The position numbers were made by a program, and so were the translations under genes. 64,000 bases of DNA from Sphingomonadaceae bacterium. Lineage in GTDB: Bacteria > Pseudomonadota > Alphaproteobacteria > Sphingomonadales > Sphingomonadaceae. Under the pieces are notes generated by a model. It worked only from the letters and a program-made list of their open reading frames with translations. It ran no database searches and was not told the origin of the DNA. Location: positions 865 to 64,864 of the forward strand of contig JBKBUL010000001.1 in NCBI GenBank assembly GCA_046290045.1, written 5' to 3'. This document shows positions 57,924 to 64,000 of the stretch, in pieces (the stretch's first letter is position 1; every line of letters begins with the position of its first letter).

Positions 57924-58982
57924 ATGGCCGACGCAATCGAGATCGAGCGCATGCGCGATGACCTTTCGCGACAGCGTGTCGTCCGCCGCGAACGCGCGCC
58001 GGCCGAAGGCGAGGCGCTCGCTCGGATCGAGCTGGCCGCCATCACCTCCAACAACCTGACCTACGCGACCTACGGCGGGCCGCCGATGCACTATTGGGAC
58101 TTTTTCCCGGCCAGCGCGCCCGACTGGGGGATCGTGCCTCTGTGGGGCTTCGCCACCGTCGAGGACAGTCGGGTCGATGGCCTCGTGGCGGGAACCCGCC
58201 TCTATGGCTATTGGCCGAGTGCCAGCCACCTGCTGCTGCGGCCCCGGCCGGTCCGCGCCACCGGCTTCACGGACGCAAGCCCGCACCGGCAGGCGCTTGC
58301 TCCCGTCTACAACCACTACCGGATCGTCGGCGAGGCCGACCCGGCCCGCGATCCGCTCATCGCCCTGTTCCAGCCGCTCTACGGCACCGGCTTCGTGCTG
58401 GACCTGGCCCTTGCCGACAGCGCGCCACCCGAGGCCGTGGTCGTCCTGACCAGCGCCAGCGCCAAGACCGCGCTGGCAACCGCGTTCAACCTCACCCGGC
58501 GCGGTGTCGAGACGGTGGGGCTGACGTCGGCTGGCAACCACGCCTTCGTCGAGTCGACCGGCTGCTACCGGCGGACCCTCGCCTATGAATCGATCGAGAT
58601 GCTCGATCCCGGAAGGCCGACCATCCTGGTGGACATCGCCGGAAACGCACGCCATCGCGCCAGCCTGCACCGACATCTCGAAGGGCTATTGGCCAGCCAC
58701 ATCGTCGGCGACACGCACCGGATCGCCGCACCGCCCGAACCGCTGCCCGGCCCCGCGCCCGAATTCTTCTTCGCGCCCACCCATTTCGAGGCCCGGGCCC
58801 GCGCGATGGGTCCGGCCGGATTCGAAGCCGCGCTCGCTTCGAGCCTGTCGGACTTCCTCGCTGCGGCGACCCGCTGGCTCCGGGTCGAAGTGGTTGAGGG
58901 ACCGGAGGGCTATGACCGGGCCTTAACCGCGCTGCTCGAAGGCCGCGCCGATCCCGCGGTCGGGACGGTGTGGCGGCCCTGA
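57924..58982 (+). CDS. DUF2855 family protein
   Basis: ITSNNLTYA...YWDFFP...WGIVPLWGFA, RLYGYWP, LTSASAKTA, FFFAP. GGAGG RBS before ATG 57924. Confidence 0.8.
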   Translation: MADAIEIERMRDDLSRQRVVRRERAPAEGEALARIELAAITSNNLTYATYGGPPMHYWDFFPASAPDWGIVPLWGFATVEDSRVDGLVAGTRLYGYWPSASHLLLRPRPVRATGFTDASPHRQALAPVYNHYRIVGEADPARDPLIALFQPLYGTGFVLDLALADSAPPEAVVVLTSASAKTALATAFNLTRRGVETVGLTSAGNHAFVESTGCYRRTLAYESIEMLDPGRPTILVDIAGNARHRASLHRHLEGLLASHIVGDTHRIAAPPEPLPGPAPEFFFAPTHFEARARAMGPAGFEAALASSLSDFLAAATRWLRVEVVEGPEGYDRALTALLEGRADPAVGTVWRP

Positions 58983-58989
58983 GCGCGCC

Positions 58990-59583
58990 TCAGCTGTTGG
59001 CCGTCGGTCGCCGTTCCACCGAGAAGCGCTTCAGCTGCTCGGCCGGCTCGGTCCATTCAGGCCGCGCGGCGGCGGCCGCCTGGTAGTCCTCGTAGGCGGC
59101 GCGCACATTGCCCAGCAGCTCGTTGGCGACCGCGCGGCTGTAGAAGGCGACCTCGGGACGCGACGGGTTCATCTCGAGCCCGCGGGTCAGCGCGGCAACC
59201 GCTTCCCTGTCGCGCCCCCCGCTGTGCAGCAGGGCGATCCCCAGGTTCACATGCGCTTCCGCCAGCTTCGGCTCGAGGCGGATCGCCGCCTCATAGTCGG
59301 CAATGGCGCGCGGCAGGTCGCGCGCCTGCATGTGGATGATCCCGCGGTTCACATGGGTCGCCGCCCGGTCACGACGACTGAGGGACTCGGCCTCCAGGGC
59401 CTGGCTGCACACCGCGAGGCTCGCGCGCGTCTCGCGCTTGAACTCGGCCGCCAAGTAGCAGTCGCGGCCGAAGCCGCCGCCCAAGATGCTGACGGCCGCC
59501 GCCGCCGGTGCGCCCGCCAGCAGCAGGGCCGGCCCGACGAACATCGAAACGGCGCGCGACAGGCGGCTCGGGCTGATTTCCAT
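58990..59583 (-). CDS. Secreted tetratricopeptide repeat protein
   Basis: Signal-like segment, two Cys, ATHVNRGII...AIADY...AEAHVNLG TPR repeats. Start uncertain. Confidence 0.8.
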   Translation of the reverse strand: MEISPSRLSRAVSMFVGPALLLAGAPAAAAVSILGGGFGRDCYLAAEFKRETRASLAVCSQALEAESLSRRDRAATHVNRGIIHMQARDLPRAIADYEAAIRLEPKLAEAHVNLGIALLHSGGRDREAVAALTRGLEMNPSRPEVAFYSRAVANELLGNVRAAYEDYQAAAAARPEWTEPAEQLKRFSVERRPTANS

Positions 59584-59660
59584 CTCGTCCTCCATCCCTT
59601 CCCTCCAGCCACAGGATAGCATGTGTCGAGGCAGTTGGAAGAAAAAGCGACTGTGACGGC

Positions 59661-60728
59661 TCAGCGCAGCAGCCGGGTCACATGGCCCATCTTGCGGCCC
59701 GGCGCGGCTTCCGACTTGCCGTAGAGATGGAGATGGGCGCCCGGTTCCGCCAGGATTTCCGGCCAGCGGGCCGCTTCGTCGCCCAGCAGATTGTCCATGC
59801 GGACCGCCGGCGCCATCAGGCCCACGGATCCCAAGGGCAGGCCGCAGATGGCGCGCACATGCTGCTCGAACTGCGAGGTCTCGGCCCCCTCGATCGTCCA
59901 GTGGCCGCTGTTGTGGACGCGGGGGGCCATCTCGTTGAAAACGGGCCCATCGGCGCAGGCGAAGAACTCGCAGGCAAGAAGACCGACATAGCCGAGCGCG
60001 TCGGCGATCCGGACGACGAGGTCGGTCGCAGCCTCGACATGCGCCGGATCGAGGCAGGCGGGCACCTCCGTCGAGGCGAGGATGCCGCCCGCATGCCGGT
60101 TCCGGCAGGCGGGGTAATGGGCTTCGCGGCCATCCGGTGCCCGCGCGACGAGGATCGAGAATTCCGCCTCGAAGCGGACCAGCCCTTCGAGGATGAGGTC
60201 GCCGCCCCCCAGCGCCATGAGCGCGGCCGGGGCCTCGTCGGGCGAGTCGATCCGGGCCTGCCCCTTGCCGTCGTAGCCGAAGCGGCGGGTCTTCAGGATG
60301 GCCGGCACCCCCAGCCGCTCGAGCCCGGCCGCGAGATCGGCGAGGCCATCGACCGCATGCCAGGGCGCCGTGCGACCGCCCAGCCCGCCGACGAAGCGCT
60401 TCTCGGCCAGCCGATCCTGCGCGACGTCGAAGGCAGCATGGCCGGGCCGGACGGGCCGAAGCGCCCCGAGGAAGGCGAGCGCTTCGGCCGGCACATTCTC
60501 GAACTCGCAGGTGACGACATCGACGGCCGCGGCAAAGCCTGCAAGCGCATCCCGGTCAGCATAGTCGGCACGGGTGACGGCCGCCGCCACGTCGGCCGCG
60601 ACCAGCTCGGCCTCGGGTGCGAACACATGCACGCGATAGCCGAGCGGGGCTGCGGCGAGCGCCAGCATCCGGCCAAGCTGGCCGCCGCCAAGGATGCCGA
60701 TGGTCGAGCCGGGCGGGATCAGGGTCAT
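59661..60728 (-). CDS. purK: N5-CAIR synthetase
   Basis: [34 protein letters not shown]. Confidence 0.96.
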   Translation of the reverse strand: MTLIPPGSTIGILGGGQLGRMLALAAAPLGYRVHVFAPEAELVAADVAAAVTRADYADRDALAGFAAAVDVVTCEFENVPAEALAFLGALRPVRPGHAAFDVAQDRLAEKRFVGGLGGRTAPWHAVDGLADLAAGLERLGVPAILKTRRFGYDGKGQARIDSPDEAPAALMALGGGDLILEGLVRFEAEFSILVARAPDGREAHYPACRNRHAGGILASTEVPACLDPAHVEAATDLVVRIADALGYVGLLACEFFACADGPVFNEMAPRVHNSGHWTIEGAETSQFEQHVRAICGLPLGSVGLMAPAVRMDNLLGDEAARWPEILAEPGAHLHLYGKSEAAPGRKMGHVTRLLR

Positions 60729-61216
60729 TCGGGCGTGTCGGGAACCGCGTCGGTCCGGGCGGCCCGCCAGGCCGCGAGCCGCTTTGCCAGGGGCGGATCC
60801 TGCGTCGCGAGCATGGCGGCAGCCAGAAGGCCGGCATTGGTGGCCCCCGCCTTGCCGATGGCCAGCGTGCCGACCGGCACGCCGGCCGGCATCTGCACGA
60901 TCGACAACAGCGAATCGAGGCCCGACAGGGCCAGCGATGGCACCGGCACCCCCAGCACGGGCAGCGGGGTGAGGCTCGCGACCATGCCGGGCAGGTGCGC
61001 GGCCCCGCCTGCGCCTGCGATGATCACCCTGATTCCGCGTGCTGCCGCCGCTTCGGCATAGTCCACCATGCGGCGCGGCGTGCGGTGCGCCGACACCACC
61101 TTCGTCTCGTGCGGGACATCAAGTTCGGCGAGAATGTCGGCAGCGTGGCGCATCGTCTCCCAGTCGGACGTGCTGCCCATGATGATCCCGACGAGCGGCG
61201 CTTGTTCCACGGCCAT
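60725..61216 (-). CDS. purE: N5-CAIR mutase
   Basis: [33 protein letters not shown]. Confidence 0.97.
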   Translation of the reverse strand: MAVEQAPLVGIIMGSTSDWETMRHAADILAELDVPHETKVVSAHRTPRRMVDYAEAAAARGIRVIIAGAGGAAHLPGMVASLTPLPVLGVPVPSLALSGLDSLLSIVQMPAGVPVGTLAIGKAGATNAGLLAAAMLATQDPPLAKRLAAWRAARTDAVPDTPE

Positions 61217-61271
61217 CCAGCCCCTTGCGGCAAAAGGCGCCTCTAGGGGCAGGAACGGCGGGCACGCAAGC

Positions 61272-61973
61272 TCAGGCCGGCTCGAGGAACCGCCGCTCGA
61301 GCGCCCTCAGGTTCGAGTCCAGCGTGTAGAGGATCGGCACCCCCGTGGGGATCTCGAACTCGACGATTGCCTCGTCCGACAGGCCCGACAGATGCTTGAC
61401 GAGCGCCCGAAGCGAATTGCCATGGGCAACGATCAGCACGCGCTGCCCGGCGGCGAGCGCGGGCGCAACCAGCCCCTCATGGGCCGGCAGCACGCGCGCG
61501 ATCGTGTCCTTGAGGCTCTCCGCGGCGGGCACCGCGACACCGGCGTAGCGCCGGTCGCCCGACACATCGAAGGCCGAGCCCGGAACCTGCGGCGGCGGCG
61601 GCACGTCGAAGCTGCGCCGCCAGACCTTCACCTGCGCCTCGCCATGCTTCGCCGCCGTCTCGGCCTTGTCGAGGCCGGTGAGTCCTCCATAGTGGCGCTC
61701 GTTGAAGCGCCAGTCCTTCACGACGGGCAGCCAGAGCCGGTCCATCACTTCGAGCGCGAGGTTCAGCGTCTTGATGGCGCGCGTCTGCACGCTGGAGAAG
61801 GTGATGTCGAAGTCGAGCCCGGCGGCCCTGAGCGCAGCGCCGGCGGCTTCCGCCTCGGCGACGCCGCGCGCGGTCAGGTCAACATCCCACCAGCCGGTGA
61901 AGCGATTCTCGAGGTTCCAGACCGACTGGCCATGGCGCAGGAGGACGAGATTGGGGGTCGCAGGCGTCGTCAT
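61272..61973 (-). CDS. gpmA: 2,3-BPG-dependent phosphoglycerate mutase
   Basis: [30 protein letters not shown]. Confidence 0.96.
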   Translation of the reverse strand: MTTPATPNLVLLRHGQSVWNLENRFTGWWDVDLTARGVAEAEAAGAALRAAGLDFDITFSSVQTRAIKTLNLALEVMDRLWLPVVKDWRFNERHYGGLTGLDKAETAAKHGEAQVKVWRRSFDVPPPPQVPGSAFDVSGDRRYAGVAVPAAESLKDTIARVLPAHEGLVAPALAAGQRVLIVAHGNSLRALVKHLSGLSDEAIVEFEIPTGVPILYTLDSNLRALERRFLEPA

Positions 61974-61982
61974 GTCGGGCTT

Positions 61983-63116
61983 TCATGCGTCGTCGAGGCT
62001 GTCGGCCAGCGCGGCAAGGCAGGCGCGCGCCAGATGCCCGGATCGAGCCGGCGACCAGCCTTCGACCGGCTCGGGATGGTCGGCGGAATCCTTGAACGGC
62101 ATCTCGAGCGTCATGGCAAGGCAGCCGAAGCGGTGCGCGAGCTGGTTCGTGGACATGCCGAGATTGGCCTTCCCCGGCGGTGTCATCGGATAGCCCACCT
62201 TGGTCTGGAAGTCTCGGCTGTGGCGAACGAGATGCGCCTTGTAGGATTCGAGCCGGGCCATCTGCGAGCCGGTGACGCCCGGCACGCCCTCGAAGCCCGC
62301 GATGAACACGTGCGGCAGCGCCTCGTCGCCATGCACATCGAGCGCGACATCGACGCCGGTTCGATCCATCGCATCGCGAACCGCCAGCACTTCGGGTGAC
62401 CGCGCGGCCGTCGGGTCGGCCCATTCCCGGTTGAGGTTGGCGCCTGCCGCGTTGGTCCTGAGATAGCCCCGGAAGCTGCCGTCCGGGTTCATGTTGGGCA
62501 CGAGATAGAGCCTTGCCACCTGCCGCAGCCGGCGGGCGACCGGGTCGGCCGGGTCGGTCAGCGCCTCGAGCGCGCCTTCCATGAACCACTCGGCCATGGT
62601 TTCGCCCGGGTGCTGGCGCGCGTAGATCCAGATGGGCCGGTCGCCCGCGCCCATCTCGAGGCAGTCGATCGGCCGGCCCTCGATCGAATCGCCAAGAATC
62701 CGGGCCGAAACGCCGGGCCTTGCACCGATCCGGGCGACCAGATCCTGGTGACGCTCCATGGAATAGGGCGCGAAATAGGCGACCCAGAGATGGTCCGTGG
62801 CCGGCGTCACCTCGATCCGCAGGCGCCCGTTCTCCGCATCCGGGTCATAGTCCGTCTGGGCCTGCACCCAGCGCTGCCGGTCGGTCGAGACCCGGGCGCG
62901 ATAGCCGGGCCAGCCGAGCGGATAGGCGGATTGCCTGAGCCCCGTAATGTCGAGGGTGAGCGCGAGCCCGCGCGCGCCGGAGACCCGGAAGTGGAACCAT
63001 TGGCGGAACTCGCCGCCGGCGTCCGCCCGGATGGCAAGGCGGGCATGCGCCGGCCCCACCCATCCCAGAAGTTCGACATTGCCCGAATCGAAGGCCGACG
63101 AGATGGTGATCAACAT
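61983..63116 (-). CDS. M14 family cytosolic carboxypeptidase
   Basis: SAFDSGN, RQHPGETMAEW, NMNPDG, NLNREW, DVHGDE, TLEMPF. Confidence 0.9.
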   Translation of the reverse strand: MLITISSAFDSGNVELLGWVGPAHARLAIRADAGGEFRQWFHFRVSGARGLALTLDITGLRQSAYPLGWPGYRARVSTDRQRWVQAQTDYDPDAENGRLRIEVTPATDHLWVAYFAPYSMERHQDLVARIGARPGVSARILGDSIEGRPIDCLEMGAGDRPIWIYARQHPGETMAEWFMEGALEALTDPADPVARRLRQVARLYLVPNMNPDGSFRGYLRTNAAGANLNREWADPTAARSPEVLAVRDAMDRTGVDVALDVHGDEALPHVFIAGFEGVPGVTGSQMARLESYKAHLVRHSRDFQTKVGYPMTPPGKANLGMSTNQLAHRFGCLAMTLEMPFKDSADHPEPVEGWSPARSGHLARACLAALADSLDDA

Positions 63117-63232
63117 GACCCGGGGGCGCCTAGCAGCGCCGACCGCCGGGGCCAACCGGCCGCAGCGCCGATTGACTTTCCGAAGTCTGCCGACTAGGGG
63201 CACCCGCTCATTTCAGGCGCACAGGTTTTCCG

Positions 63233-63358
63233 ATGAAGATCCGCAACAGTTTGAAGTCGCTCAAGGGGCGGCATCGCGACAATCGTGTGATCCGCCGGCG
63301 CGGTCGCACCTATGTCATCAACAAGACCAACCGGCGGTTCAAGGCGCGCCAGGGCTGA
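63233..63358 (+). CDS. ykgO: 50S ribosomal protein L36, type B (Zn-independent)
   Basis: Hand translation: [41 protein letters not shown]; shorter than any ORF in the track. Confidence 0.96.
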   Translation: MKIRNSLKSLKGRHRDNRVIRRRGRTYVINKTNRRFKARQG

Positions 63359-63361
63359 GCC

Positions 63362-63979
63362 ATGCCCCCCGGGCCGCCCGCGGCCGTGGTCTGGGACGTG
63401 GGCCATGTCCTCTACGACTGGGACATCCGGCACCTCTACGCCAAGCTCATCGACGACGCGGAGCGGCTCGACTGGTTCCTCGCGAACGTCGTCACGCGCG
63501 AATGGCATTTCCAGCATGACCGGGGCCGTCCCTTCACCGAGACATCGGCCGAGCTGATCGCCCGTTTCCCGGCCGAGCGCGCGCTGATCGAGGCCTATGG
63601 GCCGCGCTGGCTGGAGACGATCCCCGGCCCCGTCCCCGGCACCCATGCGCTGGTCGAAAAGCTGCACGAGGCGGGCGTGCCGCAATTCGGCATCACCAAT
63701 TTCTCGGCCGAGTTCTGGGCGATGTTCCGCCCCACCGCGCCGCTGTTCGATCGCTTCCGCGACATCATCGTCTCCGGCGCGGAACGGCTGATGAAGCCCG
63801 AACCGGCCATCTGGGCGCTCGCCGAACGTCGCTTCGGCCTTTCGGGCCGCGACTTCTTCTTCATCGATGACAATCCGGCCAATGTCGCCGGCGCCCGGGC
63901 CGCCGGCTGGCGCGCCCACCGGTTCACCGACGCGCAGGCGCTCACCGAAGCGCTGCGCGCCGTGGGCCTCGCCGTCTAG
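63362..63979 (+). CDS. HAD family phosphatase
   Basis: WDVGHVL, GITNFS, MKPEPAIW, FIDD. Confidence 0.88.
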   Translation: MPPGPPAAVVWDVGHVLYDWDIRHLYAKLIDDAERLDWFLANVVTREWHFQHDRGRPFTETSAELIARFPAERALIEAYGPRWLETIPGPVPGTHALVEKLHEAGVPQFGITNFSAEFWAMFRPTAPLFDRFRDIIVSGAERLMKPEPAIWALAERRFGLSGRDFFFIDDNPANVAGARAAGWRAHRFTDAQALTEALRAVGLAV

Positions 63980-64000
63980 AGCCCGGCCGCGCGCATCAGC

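Noticed and set aside
63233-63358. Zn-independent L36 as a zinc-starvation paralog
   Set aside because: Cys-free L36 is the usual form in Alphaproteobacteria; no Zur box or L31 paralog is adjacent.

Overview
A 64-kb, very GC-rich (roughly 70% by eye) chromosomal segment from an alphaproteobacterium. Gene order suggests Sphingomonadales, but that is an inference. Most of it is housekeeping: cysD-cysNC, lon, tRNA-Val(CAC), groES-groEL with a perfect CIRCE, phoR-pstSCAB-phoU-phoB, psd-pssA, ctaA-cutA, rplM-rpsI, aspS/rnd, alaS-ppx, ibpA with a ROSE-like thermometer, gpmA-purE-purK and type B L36. I saw no integrase, transposase, prophage, rRNA or CRISPR array. Items worth a second look: (1) an acyl-CoA synthetase fused in frame to an enoyl-CoA hydratase domain that runs off the left edge and resembles trifunctional propionyl-CoA synthase (missing from the ORF track); (2) an 82-aa single-pass membrane ORF ending in -LAA behind an alphaproteobacterial LexA box, a candidate SOS division inhibitor; (3) two AbgT paralogs in one reading frame separated by a single TGA, the second lacking a canonical start; (4) an MmeI-like type IIL restriction-modification gene broken by one in-frame TAG, with a compositionally distinct specificity region; (5) a MoxR / DUF2853-OmpA fusion / secreted CpcT-like / DUF4136 cluster that appears to use a CTG start; (6) a bacterial voltage-gated Na+ channel with a Pro-rich neck; (7) a six-gene translationally coupled operon with a POT transporter and an active/inactive amidohydrolase pair. 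All family calls come from motif recognition by eye; no searches were run.
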